From positions 186,001-250,000 of the forward strand of contig JAXLQJ010000004.1 in NCBI GenBank assembly GCA_046331705.1: a stretch of DNA of 64,000 bases, read 5' to 3'. The stretch is from a bacterium. Its GTDB lineage: Bacteria > JADJOY01. The notes beneath the pieces were generated by a model that had not been told where the DNA came from, did no database searches, and was given only the letters and a program-made list of their open reading frames with translations. This document shows, piece after piece, positions 1-9,922 of this stretch; within the stretch, counting starts at the first letter, position 1; each line of letters opens with the position of its first letter. Made by a program: the position numbers and the translations under genes.

Positions 1-1
1 G

Positions 2-391
2 CGCGACGACGCCGGAGTCTTCCTCACCCATTACGTCGACCGTGGCATCCTCAAGGCCGATCCGTTCCAGACCTTGGACGTGGGTGGCGTCGGCAAGGTG
101 ATCGAGATCGCCGTGGGGCTCGGTCGCAAGACCCGACCGGATCTCAAGATCGGCATCTGCGGCGAGCACGGAGGCGACCCCGACTCGGTGGCGTTCTGCC
201 ACCGCACCGGCCTCAACTACGTGTCGTGCGCGCCTGGCCGCGTCCCCATCGCTCGGCTCGCGGCGGCACACGCTGCCCTGGCCGACGCGGCGAAGGGCGC
301 CAAGTCCGGGGCGAAGAAGGCGGCCAAGAAGCCGTCGCCAACGAAAGCGGCGGCGGGCAAGGCCAAGGCCGTCAAGCGCAAGGCTCGCTGA
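2..391 (+). CDS. ppdK: Pyruvate, phosphate dikinase, C-terminal part (5' truncated by window)
   Basis: [52 protein letters not shown] is the PPDK C-terminus, including the catalytic Cys motif [10 protein letters not shown]. Confidence 0.95.
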   Translation, partial: RDDAGVFLTHYVDRGILKADPFQTLDVGGVGKVIEIAVGLGRKTRPDLKIGICGEHGGDPDSVAFCHRTGLNYVSCAPGRVPIARLAAAHAALADAAKGAKSGAKKAAKKPSPTKAAAGKAKAVKRKAR

Positions 392-447
392 GCCTGCGCC
401 GCCAGCCGGCGCGAGCGGCCCGCTCCGCGGGCCACGGGGATCCTGGA

Positions 448-861
448 ATGGTCAAGACCAAGCAGGTGTCGATCCGGACCGAGAAGAATCGCGACGTCCG
501 GAACATCTCGGACCTGCTCTCGAGCGCGGTGCTCGAGAGCAAGGTCCGGGATGGACTGGCGGTGGTGTTCTCGCCCCACACCACCATGGGCCTCTACCTC
601 GCGAACTACGACCCCACGCTGGCGCCGGACGTGACCCGCTTCTTGAGCGAGCTGGTCCCGAACCACCCGGACTACGCGCACAATCAATCCGAAACCGACC
701 CGAACACGGACTCGCACCTGAAGTCCATCGTGGTGGGCTCGAGCGTCACGATCCCGGTCGTCGGGGGCAAGCTGGCGCTCGGCCAGTGGCAGGGAATCTT
801 CCTGGTCGAGTTCGAGGGGCCGCGCGCCCGTCACCTCACGGTGCAGATCCTCGGCGAATGA
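448..861 (+). CDS. YjbQ/UPF0047 family protein (secondary thiamine-phosphate synthase-like)
   Basis: ATG at 448; PHTT, DSHLKS and LGQWQGIFLVEFEGPR motifs. Confidence 0.9.
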   Translation: MVKTKQVSIRTEKNRDVRNISDLLSSAVLESKVRDGLAVVFSPHTTMGLYLANYDPTLAPDVTRFLSELVPNHPDYAHNQSETDPNTDSHLKSIVVGSSVTIPVVGGKLALGQWQGIFLVEFEGPRARHLTVQILGE

Positions 862-913
862 CGGACGGCTGACCGGCACGCATCGCGCACCGTTCGCGGT
901 GCGCTCGAGTGAG

Positions 914-946
914 AACGGCTGCGAGGCTCGATGCCTCGCAGCCGTT
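914..946. terminator. Bidirectional hairpin terminator between convergent genes
   Basis: Perfect 14-bp inverted repeat aacggctgcgaggc-tcgat-gcctcgcagccgtt, followed by tgctttc on +. Confidence 0.7.
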
Positions 947-973
947 TGCTTTCGAACGAAGCCGAAAGCCGGA

Positions 974-2491
974 TCAGGCTTCCGCGGTGCGCACCTGGAA
1001 GTTGCGCAGCAGGACTCGCAGGTAGCGGTGCACGCGGATGAAGTTTCCGCCGAAGATGTCGCGCAATCCCTGCAGCGCCAGGTAGACCGGGCGACCCAGG
1101 AACCACAGCGGATAGAAGAGGAAGTCCGGCTTGCGCTTCACGATGGCCGGGCTCAGCAGCAGCTTCTCGATGGGCTTCGGAATGCGATAGGCGCCGAAGA
1201 GGTAGGCAAGCCCGTTCATGTAGGTCCGGTTCACCCGCAGGTAGTCCTTCTGGTAGATGTCGCGGATGTCGTCCTGGATGATCCCCTCTTCCTTCGCGCG
1301 CGTGTAGAGATCCGTGCCGGGGAAGAACGTGAGCGAGTAGAAGATGATCCGAAACGGACGCGGCAGCTTCTGCAGGAGCTGCATCGTCTCGACGCGGTCG
1401 TCGTCCGTCTCCCAGGGGTTGTCCAGGATCATGTCGTACACGGGAAGGCGGATGTTCGAGCGGAACTTGTCGAAGATCGTGGCCGCGCGGACGATGACCG
1501 AGTCCGCGATGTTGCGCCGGTAGATCCGCTTGGTGTTCTGGGCACCGCTCTGGATGCCCATGCGGATGTTGAACAGCCCGGCGTCCACCAGCGCGGCGGT
1601 CTTGTCCTCCGTCACGGTGACGGGGATGAAGCCCGTCACCATGAACGGCATGCCGATGCGCTCCTTGTATTGCTTCGAGAAGTCCTGGATGTACTCGATC
1701 GACGCATCCATGAACGAGTCGTCGTCGAAGACCAGATAGCGGATGTACGGCATGTTCGCGCGCACGTAGTCGAGCTCCTGCATGACGTGCTCGACCGAGC
1801 GTCGGCGGGTGTTGGAGCCCGTGCCGTAGATCTTGCGGTACGCGTTGTGGCAGCAGAACGAGCAGTTGAGGATGCAGCCGCGCGAGCACGACGCCATGTA
1901 CTTGTAGACCAGGAACTTCTCCTGAAGCTCGTGGGTCATCGGCACCACGCGACCCTCGTTCAGGATGTAGTGCTCCACCAGGCTGTAGTCCGGGTGCGGC
2001 AGACGGTCGAGATCGGTGATGGTGGGGCGGATCGGGTTCTTCTCGATCTCGCTCCCGCGCCGGATCCACAGGTTCTGGATGCCCGTGGGCTCCTTGCCCG
2101 CCGCGAGCATGTCGATCAGCTCGACGGTCGCGTCGTCTCCCTCGCCGAGACAGACGTAGTCCGCGTGCTCGATCGACTCCTCGGGGCGCACCGTGCAGTG
2201 GATCCCTCCCCACAGCACCTTCTTGCCGAGCTTCTCGTGGACGTCGCGCGACAGTGCCGCCGACTTCGAGAAGTGGTTGCTCATCAGGGAGAAACCGACG
2301 ACGTCCACGTCCTTGCAGAGATCGAGGACGTCGTTCGCGATCTGCTCGGGATAGGTGCGCTCGAAGTTCTCCGACGCGCTCGGCAAGAAGATCTGTCGGG
2401 TCTCGTGCCCGGCCTTGCGCAGACACGACGAGATGGTCCGCATCCCGGTGGAGTAGATGTCCAGGTACGGGCTGATGAGAGCGACTCGCAT
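974..2491 (-). CDS. B12-binding domain radical SAM protein (paralog 1)
   Basis: N-terminal cobalamin-binding domain (WGGIHCT, VCLGEGD); SRGCILNCSFC CxxxCxxC motif; DDDSF; GIQSG; FFPGT. Confidence 0.92.
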   Translation of the reverse strand: MRVALISPYLDIYSTGMRTISSCLRKAGHETRQIFLPSASENFERTYPEQIANDVLDLCKDVDVVGFSLMSNHFSKSAALSRDVHEKLGKKVLWGGIHCTVRPEESIEHADYVCLGEGDDATVELIDMLAAGKEPTGIQNLWIRRGSEIEKNPIRPTITDLDRLPHPDYSLVEHYILNEGRVVPMTHELQEKFLVYKYMASCSRGCILNCSFCCHNAYRKIYGTGSNTRRRSVEHVMQELDYVRANMPYIRYLVFDDDSFMDASIEYIQDFSKQYKERIGMPFMVTGFIPVTVTEDKTAALVDAGLFNIRMGIQSGAQNTKRIYRRNIADSVIVRAATIFDKFRSNIRLPVYDMILDNPWETDDDRVETMQLLQKLPRPFRIIFYSLTFFPGTDLYTRAKEEGIIQDDIRDIYQKDYLRVNRTYMNGLAYLFGAYRIPKPIEKLLLSPAIVKRKPDFLFYPLWFLGRPVYLALQGLRDIFGGNFIRVHRYLRVLLRNFQVRTAEA

Positions 2492-2672
2492 CGAAACTCC
2501 TCAGGCAGCGAGCGAACCGGGGACGCTCGACCGCTGGAATCGGGCTGATTCGGCGACACACCCGCGCCAGGCAAGCACGGGCCCTTCGATTGTAACCGCC
2601 GGCGCCGGCGCCCACCAGGTGAAGCGCGGCAAGGGGCGAACGCCGACGAGCGAGCTCGAGCGCAGCACGGGA

Positions 2673-4202
2673 TCAGGCCTGGTTGGCCGCTTCGGCGCGA
2701 ATGCGGAAATCGCGGATACCGAGCCGCGCCCAGCGCATCACCCGCGTGAAGTCGCCACCCAACATGAATCGGAACGCACGCACCACCAGGTAGGCCGGCC
2801 AGCCCACGAACCACAGCGGATAGAAGAGGAAGTCGAGCTTCAGCGCCATGACGCGCGGGCTCAGCAGCACGCGCTCGAGCGCCCGTGGGATCCGGTACGC
2901 GCCAAAGAGGTAGGTGAGCCCGTTCATGTAGGTGCGGCGCACCTTGAGATAGTCCTTCTGGTAGATGTCGCGGACGTCGTCTTGGATGAGCCCGTCCTGG
3001 CGCGCGCGTTCGTAGAGGTCCGTGCCGGGGTAGAAGGTCAGCGAGTAGAACGTGATGATGAACGGCCGCGGCAGCGCCTGGAGCAACCGCAGGGTGTCGG
3101 CGCGGTCCTCGTCCGCCTCCCAAGGATTGTCCAGGATGAGGTCGTAGTTGGGCAGCCGGATCGCCGCTCGCCACTTGTCGAAGATCGTGGCGGCACGGAC
3201 GATCACCGAGTCCTTGATGTTGCGCCGATAGATGCGCTTGGTGTTCTGGGCGCCGCTCTGGATGCCCATGCGGACGTTGTAGAGCCCCGCCTGGACCAGC
3301 GCCTCGGTCTTTTCCTCGGTGACGGTGATCGGGATGAATCCGGTCACCATGAACGGCAGGCCCACCCGCGCCTTGTACTGGCGGCCGAAGTCCTGGATGT
3401 ACTCGATCGACGCGTCCATGAACGAATCGTCGTCGATCACGATCCGCCGCACGTACGGCATGCGCCGCTTGATCTGCTCGAGCTCGCCGATCACGTGCTC
3501 CACCGAGCGGCGCCGCGTGTTGCCGGCCTTGGCGCCGTACATCTTGCGGAACGCGTTGTGACAGCAAAACGAGCAATTGAGGATGCAACCGCGCGACGTG
3601 GACGTGATGTAGCGGTAGAGGAGGAAGCGCTCGAGGTGCTCGTGGCCCATCCGAACCACGCGCCCGTGCTCGAGCACGAAGTGGTCCTCGAGGCTGTAGT
3701 CGGCGTACGGCAGCGAATCGAGATCCTCGATCAGCGGGCGGTGGGGGTTGCGCACGATCTCGTCGCCGCGCCGAGCCCAGACGTTCGCGATCCCGGTGGC
3801 GTCCTCGCCCCGATCGAGCGCGCTCGCCAGCTCGACCGCCGCTTCCTCGCCCTCGCCGACGCAGACGTAATCGGCATGCTGGATCGACTCCTCCGGCCGC
3901 ACCGTGGGGTGGATCCCGCCCCAGACCACCGGCTTCCCGAGCTCGAGCTTGATGGCGTCCGTCAGGTGACTGGCGGTGAGGAAGTTGTTGCTCATCAACG
4001 TCAACCCCACGAGGTCGACGTCGCGGCAGAGCTCAAGGATGTCGCGGACGGCCTCCGACGGGTACTCGGAGGTGTGGCCGTCCCCTGTCTTGGGCAGGAA
4101 GATCTGCTTGGTGCGGTGTCCCGCGCGGCGCAGCACCGACGACAACATGCGCAGGCCATTGGCCTCGATGTCGAAGTAGGTGCTGATGAGGGCGACCTTC
4201 AT
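2673..4202 (-). CDS. B12-binding domain radical SAM protein (paralog 2)
   Basis: WGGIHPT, CVGEGE, SRGCILNCSFC, DDDSF, GIQSG, FYPGT; collinear with 974..2491. Confidence 0.92.
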   Translation of the reverse strand: MKVALISTYFDIEANGLRMLSSVLRRAGHRTKQIFLPKTGDGHTSEYPSEAVRDILELCRDVDLVGLTLMSNNFLTASHLTDAIKLELGKPVVWGGIHPTVRPEESIQHADYVCVGEGEEAAVELASALDRGEDATGIANVWARRGDEIVRNPHRPLIEDLDSLPYADYSLEDHFVLEHGRVVRMGHEHLERFLLYRYITSTSRGCILNCSFCCHNAFRKMYGAKAGNTRRRSVEHVIGELEQIKRRMPYVRRIVIDDDSFMDASIEYIQDFGRQYKARVGLPFMVTGFIPITVTEEKTEALVQAGLYNVRMGIQSGAQNTKRIYRRNIKDSVIVRAATIFDKWRAAIRLPNYDLILDNPWEADEDRADTLRLLQALPRPFIITFYSLTFYPGTDLYERARQDGLIQDDVRDIYQKDYLKVRRTYMNGLTYLFGAYRIPRALERVLLSPRVMALKLDFLFYPLWFVGWPAYLVVRAFRFMLGGDFTRVMRWARLGIRDFRIRAEAANQA

Positions 4203-4268
4203 GCGCGCGCGACTCCGCCGAGCCCGACGAGGCCGGCCCCCGCGAAACGGACTCCACGGTGTTGATCG

Positions 4269-4298
4269 AGGATAAGGCCCCGCTCAGTCCCGAGGCAA
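4269..4298 (-). promoter_or_regulatory. Putative sigma70 promoter for radical SAM paralog 2
   Basis: TTGCCT-N18-TATCCT on - strand. Paralog 1 has its own TACAAT -10 at 2589-2594. Confidence 0.35.
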
Positions 4299-4405
4299 AC
4301 CGACGGATCGCACTGGCGCGGCGACGACACGCACCGCCGCGAGGGCCGATGGCTGCTGGTCCCCGAGCAGCGCGGTCGGAGGTCGCGCCGCCCCGTCGAG
4401 CTCGG

Positions 4406-5581
4406 CTACAGCAGGTGCGACACGAGGTCGTAATCGGCGTCGCCGAAGCTCACGAACCAGCGGCGGTCGTCGAAGAATCCGCTGTGGTCCGTGGTGCCGG
4501 GGATGTTCACCCGCCCCATCACGAAGCGCGTGCCGCCTGCGTCGTCCCAGCGCGCCACGAACCCCATGCTCTCGAGCACCGGCACCAAGCCCTGGCACGG
4601 CGCGATGGTGTACGCGAGGTTCACCCGCTCGCACCGGAACACCTGCATCGCGTGTCCGACGAGGGCGCGCGCCAGCACGGGATCGTCGTCCTCGACCAGC
4701 AGGTCCACGATCACGGCCTTGCGCATGCGCTTCGAGTCGAAGACGCGCCCCACCAGGTACCCCACCACTTCGTCGCGCCACCGCGCCGCCAGCAGCACGT
4801 AGGGTGCGAGCGGGCAGGCCACGTAGCGCCAGTTCAGATACGCGCGATCGCGCACCGTCATGTTGGGGTGCTGACGGCGCACGCGCCGCCACAGGGCGTC
4901 CAGCTCGGGGCCGAAATGAGTGATGGGGACCACGGTCACGCCGCGGCGCCGCGCGCGGGCCAGGGCAAGCCGGTCGACCGAGCCACCCACCATCCGCAGC
5001 GCGACCCGGCTTGCCTCGCCCGCGACGCCGGCGAGCGCCGGCGGCAGCCGTTCGCGCGCCACGAACTCGAGCCCGACGGGGCGGATCATGATCGGTGCGG
5101 TGGTGCACACACCGGCTCGAAACCACGACCAGAAGCGCAGGATGTGGGTGCCCGGGTTGCCGAGCAGGATCGGCACCGAGTCGATGGTGCGGCTCGCCTG
5201 GCGGACGAACCGCGGCCCCGCGCTGCCGCGCGCCTGGGGGTCCGTGACGAAGCCCAGGATCCAGCACGACGGCCACACGTCGGCCCCCACCTGCGTGGGG
5301 TTGTAGTAGAAGCCCATGAATCCGACGACGCGGCCGCCTTCCTCGACCACCATCGAGCACGGAACACCCGGCGGGCGATAGGGATTGTCGAGGTACTGCC
5401 AGTCGAGGAGCCGATCGAAGTTGGCTCGGAGCTCCGGGCCGTAGACCGTCTCGAAGATCTCGAGGACGCGGGCCCGGTCGGCGGGCGTGAACTCACGCGC
5501 GATCGAGCGCGGTCCCGGCCCGTCGGCGGCGCGGGACGGCGCTTCCGCGTGTCCCTGGGTGGAATCCGACGATTCGTTCAC
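4406..5581 (-). CDS. GNAT-family N-acetyltransferase (two-lobed, surface-polysaccharide-locus type)
   Basis: LDWQYLDNP, VVEEGGRVVGF, VTDPQARG acetyl-CoA motif A-like segment, RDRAYLNWRY, DLLV, GDAD C-terminus. Confidence 0.75.
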   Translation of the reverse strand: MNESSDSTQGHAEAPSRAADGPGPRSIAREFTPADRARVLEIFETVYGPELRANFDRLLDWQYLDNPYRPPGVPCSMVVEEGGRVVGFMGFYYNPTQVGADVWPSCWILGFVTDPQARGSAGPRFVRQASRTIDSVPILLGNPGTHILRFWSWFRAGVCTTAPIMIRPVGLEFVARERLPPALAGVAGEASRVALRMVGGSVDRLALARARRRGVTVVPITHFGPELDALWRRVRRQHPNMTVRDRAYLNWRYVACPLAPYVLLAARWRDEVVGYLVGRVFDSKRMRKAVIVDLLVEDDDPVLARALVGHAMQVFRCERVNLAYTIAPCQGLVPVLESMGFVARWDDAGGTRFVMGRVNIPGTTDHSGFFDDRRWFVSFGDADYDLVSHLL

Positions 5582-5645
5582 TCGAGCCCGATGTGCCGGC
5601 TCGCGCCGGAAGGCCGCCGAATCGCGATGACGAGGGGCGCGGGGA

Positions 5646-6599
5646 TCACGGCGCCCGGAAGCCCGGCAAACCGGAACGCTCCGCGCGCTCCTTCCAGTAG
5701 TCGACGACCTCGCCGACCTTGTCGTCGAACCGCCAGCGAGCGCGGAAGCCCAGCCGCTCCGCGGCCTTGCTCACGTCGGCGGTGAACGCGCGCAGCTCGG
5801 AGCGCTGCTTGGGCAGGTAGCGCGGATTGGGCGTCACACCGAGGTGCCGCGCGATGCCGCGCAGCACCTGGTTCACCGTGACCGCCTCGCCGGTACCGAC
5901 GTTGTACATGTCGTTCACGGCGGCGGTGGTGAGCGCCTTCATGTTCGCTTCCACGATGTCGCCGACGTAGACGTAGTCGCGAACCTGCTCGCCGTCGTCG
6001 TAGATCGTGGGCTGCTGGCCAGTGAGCAGCGCGTTCACGAAGATCGTGGTGACCCCGACGTACGGCGTGGGTGTCTGGCGCGGGCCGTAGGTGTTGCAGT
6101 AACGCAGCGCCACGCAATCGACGCCGAGCTCTGGGCAGAGCCGCAAGCAATAGCCCTCGCCCGCGAGCTTGCCGACACCGTAGGGGCTGAGCGGCGGCAC
6201 GTCGGTATCGGTCTCCTTCACGCCGAAACCGTCCTTGCCGTACACGCCCATGCTGGACGCGAACACCAGTCGCTTCACCGCGGTGCCGCGCAACGCGTCG
6301 AGGAGGTTGAGGGTGCCGTCGACGTTGGTGCGGGCGTCCTCGCGGAAATGCTTCACCGACTCGCGGATCGAGACCCGCGCGGCCTCGTGGAAGACCACGT
6401 CGGCCTCGGCGCACAGCCGCCCGAGCAGCTCGCGATCGAGCACGCTGCCGTGGACGAAGCGCGCGCCCGCGGGAACGTTCTCCTCGACGCCCATCGAGAG
6501 ATCGTCGAGAGCCGTGACCTGGAAGCCCTCGCGTAGCAGTCGCTCGGCGAGATGCGATCCGATGAACCCCGCGCCACCCGTGACCAGTGCTCGTCGCAT
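5646..6599 (-). CDS. NAD-dependent epimerase/dehydratase (UDP-glucose 4-epimerase-like SDR)
   Basis: ATG at 6599; VTGGAGFIGSHL, FASSMGVYG, PYGVGK (YxxxK), RDYVYVGD. Confidence 0.93.
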   Translation of the reverse strand: MRRALVTGGAGFIGSHLAERLLREGFQVTALDDLSMGVEENVPAGARFVHGSVLDRELLGRLCAEADVVFHEAARVSIRESVKHFREDARTNVDGTLNLLDALRGTAVKRLVFASSMGVYGKDGFGVKETDTDVPPLSPYGVGKLAGEGYCLRLCPELGVDCVALRYCNTYGPRQTPTPYVGVTTIFVNALLTGQQPTIYDDGEQVRDYVYVGDIVEANMKALTTAAVNDMYNVGTGEAVTVNQVLRGIARHLGVTPNPRYLPKQRSELRAFTADVSKAAERLGFRARWRFDDKVGEVVDYWKERAERSGLPGFRAP

Positions 6600-6932
6600 G
6601 GCGGCGAACCGTAGCGTCGGGCTCGACGACGGGTCAAGCAACCGCGCCACCGGACGAGGACCCCGCCGGATGGCCGCGCGCGCGGCCGCGCGGCGTCCGG
6701 GGCAGCGAGATCGAGGGGCGGCTGGCTGGCGCTCGCGGGCGTCCGGGCTCGGCACGGTGCGTGGGCTCGATCGGCCCGCGGTGCGCCCCCGCGGACGCGC
6801 CGGCGCGCCGCGCAGGACGCAGTCGAGGCGCGGCGAACGCGGCCGGCAGCGCGAAAAGCCGTAGGCATTCCGGGGGCTCGTCGCTGGCCGCGAGCAGCGC
6901 CGTCTGGCACGCGCATCGCAACTCCGACGACC

Positions 6933-8090
6933 GTGGAATCCACCCGACCCTTCGACGGCGAGCGCGCGGCGGTCGCCGGCCACGTCGCGCTGGCGCTGCT
7001 TCACGCACGCCTTCGGCCCGGTACCGCGGCGCGCATCGCCCGCGCGTTTCCCGATCCGCGCGCCGTGCTCGGCGGCGGCCCCGAGCCCCTGCAGACGTTG
7101 CGCCCGCTCACGAACGGCGAGATCGAGGCGCTCTCGACCTTCGCCGATTGGAAGCGCGTCGACGCGGAATGCGCGCGCGTCGCGGCGCTCGGCGCCTGGC
7201 TGCTGCCGCTCGGGGACCCGCGCTACCCAGCGATGCTCGCGGCGATCGCCGATCCGCCCGCGCTGCTCTACGTGCGGGGCACCCTCGCCGACGAGGATCA
7301 GGTCTCCGTCGCGATCGTGGGCTCGCGCCATGCGAGCCGCTACGGTCTCACGGCTGCCCGCGGATTCGCCAAACACCTCGGGCGCGCCCGCGTCACCATC
7401 GTGAGCGGCCTCGCCCACGGGATCGACCAGGCCGCCCACGAAGGCGCGCTGGAAGCCGAAGGGCGAACGCTCGCCGTGCTCGGCTGCGGCCTGGACGTGG
7501 ACTATCCGAGTCGCAGCGCCCCGTTGCGGGACCGCATCGCGGCGCGGGGCGCGGTGCTCACGGAGTTCCCGCTCGGCACCGAGCCACTCAAGCAGAACTT
7601 CCCCGTGCGCAATCGGATCGTGAGCGCGCTCTCGCTCGGCGTGCTGGTGATCGAAGCCGCGCGGCAGAGCGGATCCCTGATCACCGCGCGGGCGGCGCTC
7701 GATCAGGGCCGCGACGTGTTCGCCCTACCCGGCCCGGTCGACCAGGCCTGCCACGCCGGCACGCTCGACCTGCTGCGCCAGGGCGCGCGCCCGGTGGGCT
7801 CTCCGCAACACCTGATCGAGGACTTGAACCTCGATCTCGGCGCGCTCGCGAGCGTGCCCGTGGCCGGAGACTCGCCGCTCGGCCCGCGGCGGCTCTCGAC
7901 CCGCGAGACCGCCGCGCGCCAGGTGCTGGCCGCCATCGCGCTCACGCCGGTCACCTTCGATGCGCTGCTGGCGCGCACCCAGCTCGACCCCACGGCGCTC
8001 GCGGCCGTGCTCCTCGACCTCGAGCTCGATGGGCTGGTGGAGCGCGCCGGCGACGGCACCTACGGCGCGCAGGATCCGTTTCGTCGCTGA
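6933..8090 (+). CDS. dprA: DNA-processing protein DprA
   Basis: AIVGSR, IVSGLAHGIDQAAH, NFPVRNRIVS, SGSLITA, C-terminal winged helix. Confidence 0.96.
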   Translation: MESTRPFDGERAAVAGHVALALLHARLRPGTAARIARAFPDPRAVLGGGPEPLQTLRPLTNGEIEALSTFADWKRVDAECARVAALGAWLLPLGDPRYPAMLAAIADPPALLYVRGTLADEDQVSVAIVGSRHASRYGLTAARGFAKHLGRARVTIVSGLAHGIDQAAHEGALEAEGRTLAVLGCGLDVDYPSRSAPLRDRIAARGAVLTEFPLGTEPLKQNFPVRNRIVSALSLGVLVIEAARQSGSLITARAALDQGRDVFALPGPVDQACHAGTLDLLRQGARPVGSPQHLIEDLNLDLGALASVPVAGDSPLGPRRLSTRETAARQVLAAIALTPVTFDALLARTQLDPTALAAVLLDLELDGLVERAGDGTYGAQDPFRR

Positions 8091-8171
8091 ACGCGCGTTG
8101 GTCGATGGCCGAGGCGCGTGACAAGCTGCGCCGGTTCACGCGCGCCGATCCAGCGCGTGCGCCACGCTGCC

Positions 8172-9572
8172 ATGCACGATCGTTCCGAGCTCTGCTCACC
8201 CGCGGTGACCGTCGTCGGCGCCGGACTGGCCGGATGCGAGGCGGCGCTGGCGCTCGCGCACCGCGGCATCCGTGTGCGCTTGATCGAGATGCGACCCGCG
8301 GCGTCGAGCCCGGCGCACCGCACCGGCGACCTCGCCGAGCTGGTGTGCTCGAACTCCTTGCGCTCCGACAATCCGATCAACGCCGCCGGCGCGCTCAAGC
8401 GTGAGATGGCGGCGATGGGCTCGGTGATCATCGCGGCGGCGCGACACGCGCGCGTCCCGGCCGGCGATGCCCTCGCCGTGGACCGGGTGCTGTTCGCGCG
8501 CTGCGTGAGCGAGCGAATCGCCGCCGAGCCGCGGATCGAGCTGGTACGCGAGGAGATCCACGAGATCCCCGAGCCGCCCGCGATCATCGCGTGCGGACCG
8601 CTGCCGCCGGCGCGCTTCGCCGCGGCGCTCGGGCGGCGCTTCGGCGACCGCTTTCTCTCCTTCTACGACGCCATCGCGCCGGCCGTGTGGGCGGCGAGCG
8701 TCGACTCCGAGCGGGTCTACGCGGCCTCGCGCTACGGCAAGGGCGGCGGCGCCGATTACCTGAACTGCCCGATGACCGAGGCGGAGTATCTGGCGTTCGT
8801 CGAGGCGGTGCGCACCGGCGAGCGGGTGCCCGAGCAATCGTTCGAGAACCTGCGGCGCTTCGAGGGCTGCCTGCCCATCGAGGTCATGGCGGATCGCGGC
8901 GTCGAAACGCTGCGCCACGGCCCCATGAAGCCCTTCGGCCTGCGCGACCCGCGCACCGGTGCGTCGCCCTACGCCGTGGTCCAGCTCCGTCGCGACGACG
9001 TCGCCGGCCAGGTGCTCAACCTGGTCGGTTTCCAGACCAAGCTCACCCATCCCGAGCAAAAGCGCGTCTTTCGCATGATCCCCGGCCTCACCGAAGCCGA
9101 GTTCGTGCGGCTCGGCAGCCTGCACCGCAACACCTTCCTCACGTCGCCGGAGATCCTCGAGCCCACGCTCGAGGTGCGCGGCGCCCCCGGGCTCTTCCTC
9201 GCGGGACAGGTGACGGGAGTCGAGGGCTACATCGAGTCGGCGGCCATGGGCATCCTGGCGGGCGTGAACGCCGCCGCGCGCTGCCTCGGCCTCGATCCGT
9301 TGGTGCCGCCGGCCACCACCCTCACCGGGGGGCTCGTCCGTCACCTCACCGAGACTCGTGCCGAGGACTTCCAGCCGACCAACGTGCATCTCGGGCTGCT
9401 CGCGCCGCTGCACACGCCGCTGCGAAAGCAGGCGCGTCGCGACGCGCTGGCGCGACGCGCGCTCGACGACGTCGCGTCCTGGATCGGGTCGTGGCCCGAC
9501 GCGCTCCGCGCACCCATCCCGGTGCCCGGCGCCGAAGACGCCGTGCCCACGGAGCTCGCCAGCGTGGGGTGA
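8172..9572 (+). CDS. trmFO: Folate/FAD-dependent tRNA (uracil-54-C5) methyltransferase
   Basis: VVGAGLAGCEAA, ELVCSNSLRS, FEGCLPIE, GFQTKL, LAGQVTGVEGYIESAA; start uncertain (8118 or 8172). Confidence 0.95.
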   Translation: MHDRSELCSPAVTVVGAGLAGCEAALALAHRGIRVRLIEMRPAASSPAHRTGDLAELVCSNSLRSDNPINAAGALKREMAAMGSVIIAAARHARVPAGDALAVDRVLFARCVSERIAAEPRIELVREEIHEIPEPPAIIACGPLPPARFAAALGRRFGDRFLSFYDAIAPAVWAASVDSERVYAASRYGKGGGADYLNCPMTEAEYLAFVEAVRTGERVPEQSFENLRRFEGCLPIEVMADRGVETLRHGPMKPFGLRDPRTGASPYAVVQLRRDDVAGQVLNLVGFQTKLTHPEQKRVFRMIPGLTEAEFVRLGSLHRNTFLTSPEILEPTLEVRGAPGLFLAGQVTGVEGYIESAAMGILAGVNAAARCLGLDPLVPPATTLTGGLVRHLTETRAEDFQPTNVHLGLLAPLHTPLRKQARRDALARRALDDVASWIGSWPDALRAPIPVPGAEDAVPTELASVG

Positions 9573-9579
9573 CTCGACC

Positions 9580-9888
9580 ATGAACGACGCCACGCTCACC
9601 GAGCTGACCCGCGAGGCCCTGCGCGGAGTGATCGATCCCGAGCTGGGGCTCGACGTCGTCGCCCTGGGCCTCGTCTACGGCCTGGAAGTGCGCGATTCCG
9701 TCGCCGCCGTCGAGCTGACCATGACCTCCGCCGCGTGCCCGCTCGGCGACCACATCGTGCGCGAGGCCGAGACCATGCTCGCCGCGGTGCCCGGCCTCGC
9801 GTCGTTCACCGTGCGGCTGGTGTGGGACCCACCCTGGACGCCGGAGAAGATGACGCCCGAGGCGAAGAAGCTGCTGGGCTGGACGTGA
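9580..9888 (+). CDS. Metal-sulfur cluster assembly factor (DUF59/SufT/PaaD-like)
   Basis: VIDPELGLDVVALGLVY, MTSAACP, LVWDPPWTPEKM. Confidence 0.93.
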   Translation: MNDATLTELTREALRGVIDPELGLDVVALGLVYGLEVRDSVAAVELTMTSAACPLGDHIVREAETMLAAVPGLASFTVRLVWDPPWTPEKMTPEAKKLLGWT

Positions 9889-9922
9889 TGCGGCGCAGCC
9901 TCCGGGAAGTCCGCGCCGCGCG

